From an uncultured Gemmatimonadales bacterium (GTDB taxonomy: Bacteria > Gemmatimonadota > Gemmatimonadetes > Longimicrobiales > RSA9): a stretch of DNA of 64,000 nucleotides. Position 1 is the stretch's first letter. Each line of letters starts with the position of its first letter. Below, piece after piece: positions 32,527-42,945 of this stretch. The notes beneath the pieces were generated by a model that ran no database searches, had not been told where the DNA came from, and saw nothing but the letters and a program-made list of their open reading frames with translations. A program made the translations under genes and the position numbers. The stretch covers positions 960,001 to 1,024,000 of the forward strand of contig CAWCRS010000007.1 of assembly GCA_963798085.1 (NCBI GenBank), read 5' to 3'.

Positions 32527-33027
32527 ATGGCGGCGAAGAAGAGTGCGAGGAAGAAGGCTGCGAAAAAGGGCGGACGCAAGAAGGCGGCGAAGAAGGCCGT
32601 GAAGAAGACACGCAGGAAGGTTGGGCGTCGGCCCGCGAAGAGGTCCGTGAAGCGAGCAGCAAAGAAGCGGGCAGCGAAGAAGGGTGGACGCCGGAAGGCT
32701 GCGAAGAAGGCGGTTCGTCGCGTTTCGCGCAGGGCCGCCAAGCGCCCGGCAAAGAAGGCAGCAAGAAAAGGCGCGCGCAAGGCAGCAAAGCGTCCCGCGA
32801 AGAAGGCGGCGAAGCGTCCGGCAAAGAAAGCCGCGAAGCGTCCCGCGAAGAAGGCCGCGAAGCGTCCCGCGAAGAAGGCGGCTGCGCCGAAGAAGGCTGC
32901 GGCCCGGAAGAAGGCCCCCGCTCCCAAGCCAATGGCGTCGGCTGCGCCCAAGCCGGTTGCAGCGCCCGCGCCCCGGCCCGTGATGCCAGCACCCACTCCA
33001 CCTGCTCCGCCGCCGCCCATGATGTGA
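32527..33027 (+). CDS. Histone H1-like Lys/Ala/Arg/Pro-rich basic protein
   Basis: AGGAGA RBS; 166 aa with no acidic or aromatic residue; repeats vary at synonymous positions; strong terminator downstream. Confidence 0.85.
   Translation: MAAKKSARKKAAKKGGRKKAAKKAVKKTRRKVGRRPAKRSVKRAAKKRAAKKGGRRKAAKKAVRRVSRRAAKRPAKKAARKGARKAAKRPAKKAAKRPAKKAAKRPAKKAAKRPAKKAAAPKKAAARKKAPAPKPMASAAPKPVAAPAPRPVMPAPTPPAPPPPMM
32782..32877 (+). repeat. 4 x 24-bp coding tandem repeat (AAKRPAKK)
   Basis: GCNGCRAAGCGTCCSGCRAAGAAR repeated four times, differing only at third codon positions. Confidence 0.9.
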
Positions 33028-33048
33028 TGCGCGGCAGGCAGATCTTTT

Positions 33049-33089
33049 CGAAGCGTCACGGGTGCAGACCCGTGACGCTTCGTGTTTTT
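33049..33089 (+). terminator. Intrinsic terminator
   Basis: Perfect 15-bp stem CGAAGCGTCACGGGT-GCAG-ACCCGTGACGCTTCG followed by TGTTTTT. Confidence 0.85.
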
Positions 33090-33145
33090 CGGCAGCCGTT
33101 GCGCGCGGTAGATTGAAGCACAGCAACAACGCAAGCGGAGGAGAG

Positions 33146-33988
33146 ATGGTCGAAAGCGCCAATGTGCCCATCGAGCCGCAGCACGGGCGGACCGTAGCGG
33201 AGCGGTTCGAGCGACGCGTCGAGATCAATGTTCCCGGTCGCAACAATCCGCGTCTGACGGCATTCATCGAGCGGGTCAACGCGGACGACGATCTGTACGC
33301 GCTGTGGCTCGCCGCGAACGTCAACGCCATCGAGCGGCTGGGCATGACGGATCACGGGCCCGTGCACGTGAAGATCGTCATGAACATCGCGGCCAAGCTG
33401 TACCGCCTGCTCGCGGATGGCGATGTGACGCCCGGCGTGGTCACGAACTGGGGCCTGGAGGTGACGGACGGCGAAGTCGTGGTGGCGGCGGCGGCGCTGC
33501 TGCACGATGTCGGCATGTCCATCCACCGGCCGGAGCACGAGGGCTTCTCGCTGTTCATCGCGCAGCACAAACTGGAGTCGCTGCTGGCCGGGATCTATGA
33601 TGCGCGCACGGCGACCGTGGTGCGCAGTGAGATCCTGCACGCCATAATCGCGCACCGCGCCGGCGGCCGGCCCCTGACCATGGAAGCCGGTGTGGTACGT
33701 GTGGCCGATGCGCTGGACATGGCGAAAGGACGCTCCCGCATTCCCTTCGCGGCCGGCTCATCCAGCATTCACTCGATATCCGCAGCTGCCATCGAAGCGG
33801 TGCACCTCGAACGCGGTGAGACCAAGCCGGTCAAGCTGCGCATCGAGATGTCGAATTCCGCGGGCGTGTTTCAGCTCGATCAGCTGTTCCGCGAGAAGCT
33901 CGCGGGCTCGGGCCTGGAGAGCCACGTCGAGCTGGAGGCGACGATCACGGGCGAGGAAAAACAGCTGGTCAGGGAATTCCGGATCTGA
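33146..33988 (+). CDS. HD-domain phosphohydrolase
   Basis: GGAGGAG RBS; DHGPVH...LLHDVG...H...VADALD. Confidence 0.85.
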   Translation: MVESANVPIEPQHGRTVAERFERRVEINVPGRNNPRLTAFIERVNADDDLYALWLAANVNAIERLGMTDHGPVHVKIVMNIAAKLYRLLADGDVTPGVVTNWGLEVTDGEVVVAAAALLHDVGMSIHRPEHEGFSLFIAQHKLESLLAGIYDARTATVVRSEILHAIIAHRAGGRPLTMEAGVVRVADALDMAKGRSRIPFAAGSSSIHSISAAAIEAVHLERGETKPVKLRIEMSNSAGVFQLDQLFREKLAGSGLESHVELEATITGEEKQLVREFRI

Positions 33989-34003
33989 TTCCTGCTGTCT
34001 GCA

Positions 34004-34705
34004 ATGAGTGAACCCAGCTTCGAGCCGCTAACCGGATACCAGCGGATTCCGGAAGAAGAAATGCGACGACGCGCCGCCGCGTTCTACGCGGAAGTGCGGC
34101 GGCGTCGCACGATCCGTGAATTCGCGCCCGATCCCGTGCCGCGCGCTGTGATCGAGCAGTGTCTGCGCGCCGCGGGCACGGCGCCCAACGGCGCGAATCG
34201 ACAGCCGTGGCACTTCGTCGTGATCACGGACGCGCCGATCCGCCGGCGCATACGTGAGGCGGCGGAAACGGAGGAACGCGAGTTCTATGCGCACCGCGCG
34301 CCGCCCGAGTGGCTGGCGGCACTGGCGCCGCTCGGCACGGGTCCGGAAAAACCGTTTCTGGAAACCGCCCCCGTGCTCATCGCGGTATTCGCGCAGAGCT
34401 ACGAAGCCACGAAGGATGGGCGGAAACTGAAGAACTACTATGTCACCGAGTCCGTGGGCATCGCCACCGGCATCCTCATCCTCGGCCTGCACCACTGCGG
34501 TCTCGGCACGCTCACGCACACGCCCAGTCCGATGGGTTTCCTCAACCGCCTGCTGGGCAGGCCCGGCAACGAGCGACCGTTCCTGCTGCTCGTGGCCGGC
34601 TATCCCGCCGCGGACGCGACTGTTCCTGTGATCACGAAGAAGCCGCTGAACGAGATTGTGACCTTCGTGGGAGAGTTCCGCGCGGCCGCGGAACCGGATC
34701 AGTAA
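34004..34705 (+). CDS. Nitroreductase-superfamily flavoprotein, iodotyrosine deiodinase (IYD)-like
   Basis: [62 protein letters not shown]. Confidence 0.85.
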   Translation: MSEPSFEPLTGYQRIPEEEMRRRAAAFYAEVRRRRTIREFAPDPVPRAVIEQCLRAAGTAPNGANRQPWHFVVITDAPIRRRIREAAETEEREFYAHRAPPEWLAALAPLGTGPEKPFLETAPVLIAVFAQSYEATKDGRKLKNYYVTESVGIATGILILGLHHCGLGTLTHTPSPMGFLNRLLGRPGNERPFLLLVAGYPAADATVPVITKKPLNEIVTFVGEFRAAAEPDQ

Positions 34706-35631
34706 ACGCCGAGGTCGGCCGCGGAAACCAGCGCTCCCGTGTACCCGGCGGCGCGCATTTCCTGCACCAATCCATTGTCGTCCGTGCCCCAGTAGAGCTG
34801 ATGGTACAACACCAGCAGCTTCGGCTGCGCGTGCGCCGCGATGCCCGCGAGCTGTGTCGTCGATGTGTGAAAGCTCGCGTGATAGCGCTGCCACTGCGCG
34901 GGCCGCGTGGCGAAGCGCGTGGCCGAGTAGACTTCGTGCAGCAACACATCGCAGCCATGACAGGCGGCTGCTACGGAGTCGCTCGGACCGGTGTCGCCGG
35001 AAACCACGATCGTGCGGTCGGGCGCTTCGAAGCGATAGCCGAAGGCGTGCGCCCAGGACCCGTGACGCACGGCGAACGCGATTACGCGCACGGCGGAATC
35101 CGCATAGATCTGTCCGGGCGCGATCTCATGGACTTCGGCCTGATAACCGGTGCGATTGGCGTGTTCCAGACCTTCCGTGCGCATCTGGATGTCTTCGGCA
35201 TACGCCGCCGCCAGGTGGTCCATCATGTTTTTCGTGCCGGGCGGCCCGTACACGCGCAGCGGACGGTTGCGCTCGAGCACCCACGGCGAGAGCAGCAGGT
35301 CGGGCAGACCCACCGTGTGATCCGAGTGCAGATGCGTGATGAAGACGATGTCCAGGTTCTGCATGAACAGCGCGGATTCGCCATTCCGTGAGGCCGCAGC
35401 CGCACGCCGCACGATGCCCGGTCCCGCATCGACGAGGTAGGCGTGCCCGCCCGCGATGATGGCAACGGCGGGCCCGCTGCGCTCGGGATCAGCGTTGGGT
35501 GTGCCCGTGCCCAGCATGACGACGTGCGTGCCGGTCTGTTGCCGCGCCTGCGGTCGGGTGGCTGGCAGCGCGCGTTGCACGAGGAACGGCAGTGTAGAAA
35601 GGAGTGCGAAGCCGGCCGCGAGCCGACGCAT
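34699..35631 (-). CDS. Secreted MBL-fold hydrolase (RNase Z/AtsA-like)
   Basis: Signal-like N-terminus; LGTGTP, VDAGPG, THLHSDH, SGDT, HE, HT, YH. Confidence 0.85.
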   Translation of the reverse strand: MRRLAAGFALLSTLPFLVQRALPATRPQARQQTGTHVVMLGTGTPNADPERSGPAVAIIAGGHAYLVDAGPGIVRRAAAASRNGESALFMQNLDIVFITHLHSDHTVGLPDLLLSPWVLERNRPLRVYGPPGTKNMMDHLAAAYAEDIQMRTEGLEHANRTGYQAEVHEIAPGQIYADSAVRVIAFAVRHGSWAHAFGYRFEAPDRTIVVSGDTGPSDSVAAACHGCDVLLHEVYSATRFATRPAQWQRYHASFHTSTTQLAGIAAHAQPKLLVLYHQLYWGTDDNGLVQEMRAAGYTGALVSAADLGVY

Positions 35632-35771
35632 GCGTCCGATCCTGCTGGAGTGAAGGTTGTGCGCAACGTGGACACGCGCACGAGCAACGGCAAGCCACCG
35701 TGGCAGTTTGCCGCTGGCGCAGCGGCGCTCTATCTTGCCGCGACGATTCTTCCCCCACCGACGGTGGACCC

Positions 35772-36332
35772 ATGAGCGTCCCTCCCGACTCGACGGCGTC
35801 CCGTTCCGACCAGCCCGGTGCTGAAGGTCGGCGGCTGCACCCGGAGATCTTCCTGGCGCGACGACGCGCGAGACTGGAGAAGCTGCTGCAGCACCCACTG
35901 GTCGCGCCGCGCGATTCGGGCGCGCCGCCGGAAATGCGCAAATTCCTGCTCGAAGAAGCGGAAGAGCTGTACTGGAACGAGCTGGAATGGGAAAAGCTGA
36001 TGGAAGAAGAAATGTCCAAGGGCGGCAGCGAGCTGGTCGAGCTGGCGTTCCCCGGCTTTCTCGCTTTCGTGGATGGTCTGCTGCTGAAGGAAGCGAATCG
36101 CGATTCCAAGGTGCCGGCGCACCCTCGCCCGGAAGTCGTCGAGGATGTGCTGCTCTTTCTCGCGCGACGCTGTCTGGAACTGCTGCCCGACGGCTCCTCC
36201 GATGCGAAGCTCGAGCGCTGGATGACGGAGCGCCTCATCGATCTCGTGCTCTACCGCCTGCACGGCATCTCGACCGACGGACTGGACACGTTCGAGATGA
36301 CGCAGCGCGACGAAGAAGAGCAATGGAACTGA
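35772..36332 (+). CDS. Hypothetical acidic, helical protein
   Basis: Good GC3 bias and natural amino-acid composition; overlaps the start of the next gene. Confidence 0.7.
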   Translation: MSVPPDSTASRSDQPGAEGRRLHPEIFLARRRARLEKLLQHPLVAPRDSGAPPEMRKFLLEEAEELYWNELEWEKLMEEEMSKGGSELVELAFPGFLAFVDGLLLKEANRDSKVPAHPRPEVVEDVLLFLARRCLELLPDGSSDAKLERWMTERLIDLVLYRLHGISTDGLDTFEMTQRDEEEQWN

Positions 36333-37219
36333 CCGCGGCGGCGCTGCTCGCCGGATTCGCTCCGCTGGGCGCCCCCCGTCGTACCACGCCGCCCCTGCTC
36401 GCGCGCGCACCTCTCCTCATCGCCCACCGCGGCGGCGCCGGCCTGGCGCCCGAAAACACGCTGCAAGCCTTCCGCAGCGCCGCCACCGACTGGGCCGCGG
36501 ACATGATCGAGCTGGATGTGCGCGCCACCGCAGACGGCCAGTGCGTCGTCATCCACGACGAAACCCTGGAACGCACCACCAATGGCCGCGGCCGCGTCGC
36601 GGACCTGCCCCTCGCCGCGCTGCGCGACCTCAATGCCGGCTACCACTTCACTCGCGATAACAAGACATTTCCCTTCCGCGGCTGCGGCGTAGGGGTTCCC
36701 ACCATCGAGGAAACGCTGGAAGCGCTGCCTGACATGGCGTTCACCATCGAGGTCAAGACGGGCGCGGCGCAGCGCCCGCTGTTCGCTGCCATCGAGCGCT
36801 TCGCCGCCGCCGATCGCGTGGTGGCCGCCGGCATGTACGACCGCGACCGCACCCTGTTCGCCACTTTCCCGGGCGCCATCAGCGCATCGGTCGAGCAGCT
36901 GACACGCTATTATCGAATGTTCCTGATGCGTCTGGGCCGGCTGTGGACCGTGGATGCGGACGTGGTGCAGATGCCGGAATTCAGCGGTCAGCGCCGTGTG
37001 CTCACCCAGCGTCTCGTGCGGCTGCTGCACCAGCAGGGCATCCCGGTGCACGTGTGGACGGTCAATGTCGAATCCGACATGCAGCGCCTGCTCGACTGGG
37101 GTGTCGATGGGCTGGTGACGGACCGGCCGGACACGCTCGCTCGCGTGCTGCACCGCCGCGTGGGCCGGCCCGTGCCGCCCGGCGTGGATGCCACCCGGGG
37201 CGGCGCTGCCGGCCGCTGA
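36323..37219 (+). CDS. Glycerophosphodiester phosphodiesterase
   Basis: IAHRGG...PENT, ELDV, HD.TL.RTT, EVK, WTVN, GVDGLVTD. Confidence 0.92.
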   Translation: MELTAAALLAGFAPLGAPRRTTPPLLARAPLLIAHRGGAGLAPENTLQAFRSAATDWAADMIELDVRATADGQCVVIHDETLERTTNGRGRVADLPLAALRDLNAGYHFTRDNKTFPFRGCGVGVPTIEETLEALPDMAFTIEVKTGAAQRPLFAAIERFAAADRVVAAGMYDRDRTLFATFPGAISASVEQLTRYYRMFLMRLGRLWTVDADVVQMPEFSGQRRVLTQRLVRLLHQQGIPVHVWTVNVESDMQRLLDWGVDGLVTDRPDTLARVLHRRVGRPVPPGVDATRGGAAGR

Positions 37220-37247
37220 ACCGCGGGACGCCCGCATCCGGCGGACG

Positions 37248-38609
37248 TTGAAACACGATCTCGCCTCCCGCTTTCTCCTCCATCTGCAGCAGAGCCGCCT
37301 GCTGCCCGAGCGATCGCACCTGCTGGTCGCGCTCTCGGGCGGTATCGACTCGGTGACGCTGCTGCACCTGCTGCGCTTTCATGCGGCGCATCTGCAGCTG
37401 CGACTGAGCGCAGCGCATTTCGATCATCGCATGCGCAACGGGAGCGAGGCAGACGCCGCGTGGGTGCGCGGCTTGTGCGCCGCCTGGGGCGTGCCGTTGC
37501 ACGAGGCCGCGGCGCAGCAGCCACTGCACAGCGAAGCGGAGGCGAGGGCCGCACGCTACGCGTTCCTCGAGCACGCGGCAGCGGAAGCGGGCGCGAGCCT
37601 CATTGTCACGGCGCATCAGGCCGACGATCAGGCGGAGACGGTGCTGTTCCGGCTGGTGCGCGGCAGCGGGCTCGCAGGCCTCGCGGGTATTCCCGCACGT
37701 CGCGGCATGATCGTCCGGCCGCTGCTGCCGTTCCGCCGCGCCGACATTGTGGCGTGGGCGCGCGCGGCCCGGCTGTCGCACCGCGAAGATGCCACGAATC
37801 GCGATGCGCGTTACGCGCGCAACATCATCCGCCACGCGGTGCTGCCGGCGCTGGAGCGGGCACGGCCGGGCGCCACGAGGGCGGTACTGCGCCTGGCACA
37901 GGAAGCAGCAGCGGCGGAAGCCGCGTGGAACGTGCTGTTGGACGAAGTGCTCGAGCATGTGGTCGTTGAGCGTTCCAGTGACGCGATTTCGCTTGCCAGA
38001 GACCGGCTGCTCGGGTATCATTGGCCGATTCGCGCACGGGTGCTGCGGCGCGTGCTGGGCCAGCTCGGCCAGACGCCTGGCCGCGCAGGAACGCTCGCGT
38101 TGCTGACGTTTACTAGAGACGGCGCGAGCGGCAGGGCTGTGGAGCTGGCTGGTGGTCTTCGGTTCGAGCGGCATTTCGAGCGGTTCGTGGCGAAGCGGGT
38201 CGCGCCGATCGAACGGGCAGAAACAAATGTGCCGCTCGTCATCCCGCAACCGACGCAGGGTCGGGGCGATGCCGTGATTGGCGGCCACCGTGTGCGGGTG
38301 CAGTGGTCCGATGACACCAGAACTGACCCCGACGCTGCGAGCTTCGATCCAACCGCCGTGCGGTTCCCTCTCGAGTTGCGAGCGTGGCAGCCCGGTGATC
38401 GGATCCGACTGGCCGGGGGCACCAGGAAACTGAAGAAGCTGTTTACGGAACGGCGCGTCGAGCGCACTCTGCGGCAGTGCATTCCTGTTCTCGTGCAGGC
38501 TGATGGCCGTGTTCTCTGGGTGAGTGGTGTAGCACGCGCGGCGGGCACGGAACCGCGAAGCGGAGGCCCGGTGTTCCAGATTCGGGTGACCATTGGAAAC
38601 GACGGCTGA
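37248..38609 (+). CDS. tilS: tRNA(Ile)-lysidine synthetase
   Basis: PP-loop SGGIDS, HFDH, ARAARY, AHQADDQAET, RPLL, RN.IR; start codon (TTG) uncertain. Confidence 0.93.
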   Translation: MKHDLASRFLLHLQQSRLLPERSHLLVALSGGIDSVTLLHLLRFHAAHLQLRLSAAHFDHRMRNGSEADAAWVRGLCAAWGVPLHEAAAQQPLHSEAEARAARYAFLEHAAAEAGASLIVTAHQADDQAETVLFRLVRGSGLAGLAGIPARRGMIVRPLLPFRRADIVAWARAARLSHREDATNRDARYARNIIRHAVLPALERARPGATRAVLRLAQEAAAAEAAWNVLLDEVLEHVVVERSSDAISLARDRLLGYHWPIRARVLRRVLGQLGQTPGRAGTLALLTFTRDGASGRAVELAGGLRFERHFERFVAKRVAPIERAETNVPLVIPQPTQGRGDAVIGGHRVRVQWSDDTRTDPDAASFDPTAVRFPLELRAWQPGDRIRLAGGTRKLKKLFTERRVERTLRQCIPVLVQADGRVLWVSGVARAAGTEPRSGGPVFQIRVTIGNDG

Positions 38610-39147
38610 GATCGCGGCGCGGACAGGGGGTCTGCCGCTGCGTCGCATCATCTATACGGCCGAGCACATCGCCCGGCGGGTCGCAGAAATGGGCCGTGAG
38701 ATCTCGACGGCGTACCCGCTGGATGAGGATTTGCTGGTAATCGGTCTGCTGAAGGGGTCATTCATCTTTCTGGCAGACCTCGTGCGACAGATCGAGCGGC
38801 CGCTCTACGTGGATTTCCTGGTGGCCGCCAGCTACGGCGCCGGGACCGTGAGCAGCGGAACCGTTCGTCTGGTGTATGATCCCGAGGCGGCAATCGAAGA
38901 CAAGCATGTGCTCCTGGTGGAGGACATCATCGACAGCGGCAATACCTTGAATCGTCTGGTGCCGATTCTGCGTTCGAGAGGTCCGCGCAGTATCGAGCTG
39001 TGTGCGCTGCTGCACAAGCGACTGGCCCCACCGCTCGCCGTGGAGCCACGATGGGTCGGATTCGATGCGCCGGCCGAATTCCTGGTCGGGTACGGCCTGG
39101 ACCACAGTGAAAACTTCCGCAGCCTGCCGTTCATTGCGAGCATCTGA
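38593..39147 (+). CDS. hpt: Hypoxanthine phosphoribosyltransferase
   Basis: [33 protein letters not shown]. Confidence 0.95.
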   Translation: METTAEIAARTGGLPLRRIIYTAEHIARRVAEMGREISTAYPLDEDLLVIGLLKGSFIFLADLVRQIERPLYVDFLVAASYGAGTVSSGTVRLVYDPEAAIEDKHVLLVEDIIDSGNTLNRLVPILRSRGPRSIELCALLHKRLAPPLAVEPRWVGFDAPAEFLVGYGLDHSENFRSLPFIASI

Positions 39148-39173
39148 GGGCGGCGCGGAGAGCGGATAGAGAG

Positions 39174-41246
39174 ATGCAGGACAGAGACAGCGGCCGGGGT
39201 AATCGCGACATGTCGCGCTTCGGGCGGTTCTCGAGAACGGCTTCGTTCTGGATTCTGATTTTCCTTGTTCCACTGCTGATCATCAACACGCTTACGAATC
39301 ATCGGCAGGACAAGGCAGAGCTGAGCTATTCCGCGTTCCGTGATCAGGTGCGGAACGACAACATCCAGGAAGTCACGATCTACGAGGGCGAGCGCGTGGA
39401 AGGCACGCTGCGCACGCCCATTCCGCGCGAGGGCAAGGCAGTGCGCGACTTCGTCACGCAGTTGCCCATGCCCAACGATCCGACGCTGGTTCCCGATCTG
39501 CTGGCGCGCAATGTTCTGGTCAAGGGCGCCAAGGAGCGGCAGAACTGGTGGATGCTCATTCTGAATTTCCTGCCGTGGCTGCTGATCGTGGGCTTCTGGC
39601 TGTTCATGCTGCGCCAGATGCAGATGGGCGGCTCGAAGGCATTCCAGTTCGGCAAGTCGAAGGCAAGGCTGCTGACGGGGGACACGCCCAAAGTGACTTT
39701 CGCCGATGTCGCGGGCGTCGATGAAGCCAAGGAAGAGCTGCAGGAGATCATCGAATTCCTGAAGGATCCGCAGAAGTTCAGTCGTCTGGGCGGCAGACTG
39801 CCCAAGGGTGTGCTGCTGGTGGGCCCGCCGGGGACAGGCAAAACCCTTCTGGCACGAGCCGTTGCCGGCGAAGCCGGGCGACCCTTCTTCTCCATGAGCG
39901 GTTCGGACTTCGTCGAGATGTTCGTGGGCGTAGGCGCCTCACGCGTGCGCGACCTCTTCGAACAGGGCAAGGCCCACGCTCCCTGCATCATCTTCATTGA
40001 CGAAATCGATGCGGTGGGTCGCCATCGCGGCGCCGGCCTGGGTGGCGGGCACGACGAGCGGGAGCAGACGCTGAACCAGCTGCTCGTCGAAATGGACGGC
40101 TTCGAATCCAACGAGGGCGTGATTCTGCTCGCGGCCACGAACCGGCCGGACGTGCTGGATCCGGCACTGCTTCGCCCGGGTCGTTTCGACCGGCAGGTTG
40201 TGGTGGATGCGCCTGATGTGAAGGGGCGCGAAGGCATCCTGCGCGTGCACCTGCGCAAGGTCCCGATCTCCGATGACGTCGACGTGCGCGTGCTCGCGAA
40301 GGCCACGCCCGGCATGAGCGGCGCCGACCTGGCCAACCTCGTCAACGAGGGCGCGCTGCTGGCCGCGCGTCGGGGTCACGACCAGGTCAACATGCCCGAC
40401 CTCGAAGATGCCAAGGACAAGGTCATGCTGGGCGCGGAGCGGCGTAGCATGGTGCTGTCGGATGCGGAGCGGAAGCTCACCGCGTACCACGAAGCCGGAC
40501 ACGCTGTCGTCGCGCTGCGCATGCCGGGCCTGGATCCGGTCCACAAGATCACGATCGTGCCGCGCGGGCGCGCGCTGGGCGTGACGTCTTCGCTGCCGGA
40601 AGAGGACCGCCATTCCTACACGCGCGAGTATCTCATTGCCAGCCTGGCCATGTTGTACGGCGGGCGGGCTGCGGAAGAGCTGGTGTTCGGTCCCGAGAAG
40701 ATCACGACCGGTGCCGCCAACGACATTGAGCGCGCGACGTCCATTGCCCGGCGCATGGTCACGCAATTTGGAATGAGCCACTCGATCGGGCCAATGGCGG
40801 TTGGCGATGCGGAGCAGGAAGTCTTCATTGGCCGTGAGCTGGTTCAGCGTCGATCGATCTCGGAGAACGTCGCGGAGCGTGTGGACGTGGAGGTCGGCCG
40901 CCTGCTGGAGGAAGCATACGAGGCGGCCACGAGGACGCTCAACGCCAGTCGGGAACTGCTCGAGCAGCTGGCGGAAGCGCTGCTCGAACGGGAGACGCTG
41001 GATCGCGAGGAAGTCGAAATGCTGGCCGCCGGCGAGCCTCTGCCGGAAGCCAAGGTGATACGGCGGGCGCGCGAATTCGCGGACAGCCTGCGTCGCGAGA
41101 TTGCCGGTCCGCCGGGCGGTGCGGCCGGCACCGTGGGCGGCGGCGAGCGCACCAAGGATGGGCGCCTCGCAATCCCCGGTGAAGGACGCAAGACGGACGT
41201 CGAGGTCCCGGTCTCGGCGGAGCGCAAAGCGGAATCCTCGTCCTGA
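39174..41246 (+). CDS. ftsH: ATP-dependent zinc metalloprotease FtsH
   Basis: Two TMs; [40 protein letters not shown]. Confidence 0.98.
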   Translation: MQDRDSGRGNRDMSRFGRFSRTASFWILIFLVPLLIINTLTNHRQDKAELSYSAFRDQVRNDNIQEVTIYEGERVEGTLRTPIPREGKAVRDFVTQLPMPNDPTLVPDLLARNVLVKGAKERQNWWMLILNFLPWLLIVGFWLFMLRQMQMGGSKAFQFGKSKARLLTGDTPKVTFADVAGVDEAKEELQEIIEFLKDPQKFSRLGGRLPKGVLLVGPPGTGKTLLARAVAGEAGRPFFSMSGSDFVEMFVGVGASRVRDLFEQGKAHAPCIIFIDEIDAVGRHRGAGLGGGHDEREQTLNQLLVEMDGFESNEGVILLAATNRPDVLDPALLRPGRFDRQVVVDAPDVKGREGILRVHLRKVPISDDVDVRVLAKATPGMSGADLANLVNEGALLAARRGHDQVNMPDLEDAKDKVMLGAERRSMVLSDAERKLTAYHEAGHAVVALRMPGLDPVHKITIVPRGRALGVTSSLPEEDRHSYTREYLIASLAMLYGGRAAEELVFGPEKITTGAANDIERATSIARRMVTQFGMSHSIGPMAVGDAEQEVFIGRELVQRRSISENVAERVDVEVGRLLEEAYEAATRTLNASRELLEQLAEALLERETLDREEVEMLAAGEPLPEAKVIRRAREFADSLRREIAGPPGGAAGTVGGGERTKDGRLAIPGEGRKTDVEVPVSAERKAESSS

Positions 41247-42121
41247 TGATCGCGGCCGGACCGGTCTGGCGGACCGCACGCGGTCCCGTCGTGATCGACC
41301 GGCCGCTCCTGCTGGGCATCGTCAACATCACGCCGGATTCATTCTGGGAAGGCGGCCGCCACGCAGGCTCAGGCGACGCCATCGCCTGGGCCGAGCACCT
41401 TCTCGAGGAAGGCGCCGATCTCCTCGATTTCGGCGGCGAGTCGACCAGACCAGGGGCTATGCCGGTCGACGCGGAGGAAGAGGTCCGACGAGTCGTTCCC
41501 GTCATAGGCGAAGCGGCACGCCGCTGGCCGACGGTCCCCCTCTCCATCGATACCGTGAAAGCGCCTGTGGCTCGCGCCGCCGTGGAGTCCGGGGCCTGGA
41601 TCGTAAACGACGTCTCTGCTCTGCGCCTCGACCCGGACATGGCCGACACGGTCGCGGGCCTCGGCGCCGGCCTGATCCTGATGCACTCGCGTGGAAGCGT
41701 GGATCGGATGGCCCGCTACGAGCTGGCCGAGTACGGCACCGACCCGGTGGGCGATGTGCTGAGTGAGCTGCAGCAATCGCTCACACGCGCGCGCGAGGCA
41801 GGAGTGCCCGAAGATGCAATGGTCCTGGACCCGGGTCTCGGCTTCGCCAAGCGCACCGAGCACAGTGTCGCCGTGATCGCGCAGCTGCACCGGCTGGTGG
41901 CACTGGGGCGACCCGTCCTGGTGGGCGCATCACGCAAGCGTTTCGTAGGAGAGCTGGCTGGTGAAGCGGGCGCGCTGCTCGGCCCGGCCGAGCGGCTCGA
42001 GGGGTCACTCGCTGCGTGCGTCGCCGCGTTGCTGCACGGCGCGCGGCTGTTCCGCGTTCACGATGTGCGCGCCACACGGCGCGCGCTGGCCGTCGCCGAA
42101 GCCGTGAGGAAGGCGTCGTGA
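41246..42121 (+). CDS. folP: Dihydropteroate synthase
   Basis: N.TPDSF, GGESTRPG, SIDT, NDVS, DPGLGF.K, SRK, RVHDV. Confidence 0.96.
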   Translation: MIAAGPVWRTARGPVVIDRPLLLGIVNITPDSFWEGGRHAGSGDAIAWAEHLLEEGADLLDFGGESTRPGAMPVDAEEEVRRVVPVIGEAARRWPTVPLSIDTVKAPVARAAVESGAWIVNDVSALRLDPDMADTVAGLGAGLILMHSRGSVDRMARYELAEYGTDPVGDVLSELQQSLTRAREAGVPEDAMVLDPGLGFAKRTEHSVAVIAQLHRLVALGRPVLVGASRKRFVGELAGEAGALLGPAERLEGSLAACVAALLHGARLFRVHDVRATRRALAVAEAVRKAS

Positions 42122-42945
42122 TAGCGCTGGTCGAACGATTCGGCTTCGTACTGCCCGGACTGGGCGATCTGCTCCAGATCCTCATTGTCGCCGCTGCCAT
42201 CTACTACGTGCTGCGGCTGCTGGCCGCGACACGCGCACTGCAGATGCTCGTCGGCCTGCTGGTGCTGGCACTGATCTACTTCGCCTCGCGGATCCTCAAC
42301 CTCGAGCTGATCCGCTACATCCTCGAGAAGCTCTTCCAGTACGGCGCGATCGCCGCGCTCATCGTGTTCCAGCCGGAGCTGCGCAACGGCCTGGCCCGCC
42401 TGGGACAGAGCCGGATGCTGCGCATCTTCAACCGGCTGGAGAGCCAGGAGCTGACCGAGGAGCTGGTGGATGCGGTGGAGCGTCTCTCCCGCTCGGGCAC
42501 AGGCGCCATCCTCGCGCTGGAACATGAGGTGGGACTCACGGAATACGCGGTTACGGGCACTCGCCTGCAGGCGAGAGTGAGCGGCGATCTGATCGTCAGC
42601 ATCTTCTCACCCTATGGACCATTGCATGATGGCGCCGTTCTCATTCGTGGCGACACCATCATCGCCGCAGGCGTGATTCTGCCGCTCACGCAGTTCCCCG
42701 TTTCAGACCGCACACTCGGCACGCGCCATCGCGCCGCCCTCGGTCTTTCTGAAGAGACCGATGCTCTGGTCATCGTGGTGAGCGAAGAAACCTCGACGAT
42801 CTCCATCGCCCAGCACGGCCGGCTGGAACGCAAAGTCTCGCTCGAGCGCCTGCGCACCGCCGTCGGCAGCGAACCCGGGGAGCGCGCGGAGCCGAGAGTA
42901 CCGGCGGCGCCCGGTGTCGCCGAGCGGGTCGGCGAGAAGGTCTGA
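42118..42945 (+). CDS. cdaA: Diadenylate cyclase CdaA (DacA)
   Basis: Three N-terminal TMs, FQPELR, catalytic LHDGA and GTRHRAA, VSEE. Confidence 0.93.
   Translation: MIALVERFGFVLPGLGDLLQILIVAAAIYYVLRLLAATRALQMLVGLLVLALIYFASRILNLELIRYILEKLFQYGAIAALIVFQPELRNGLARLGQSRMLRIFNRLESQELTEELVDAVERLSRSGTGAILALEHEVGLTEYAVTGTRLQARVSGDLIVSIFSPYGPLHDGAVLIRGDTIIAAGVILPLTQFPVSDRTLGTRHRAALGLSEETDALVIVVSEETSTISIAQHGRLERKVSLERLRTAVGSEPGERAEPRVPAAPGVAERVGEKV

Noticed and set aside
32782..32877. 24-bp direct repeats as a CRISPR array
   Set aside because: The repeats are contiguous with no spacers, in frame, vary only at synonymous positions, and there are no cas genes.
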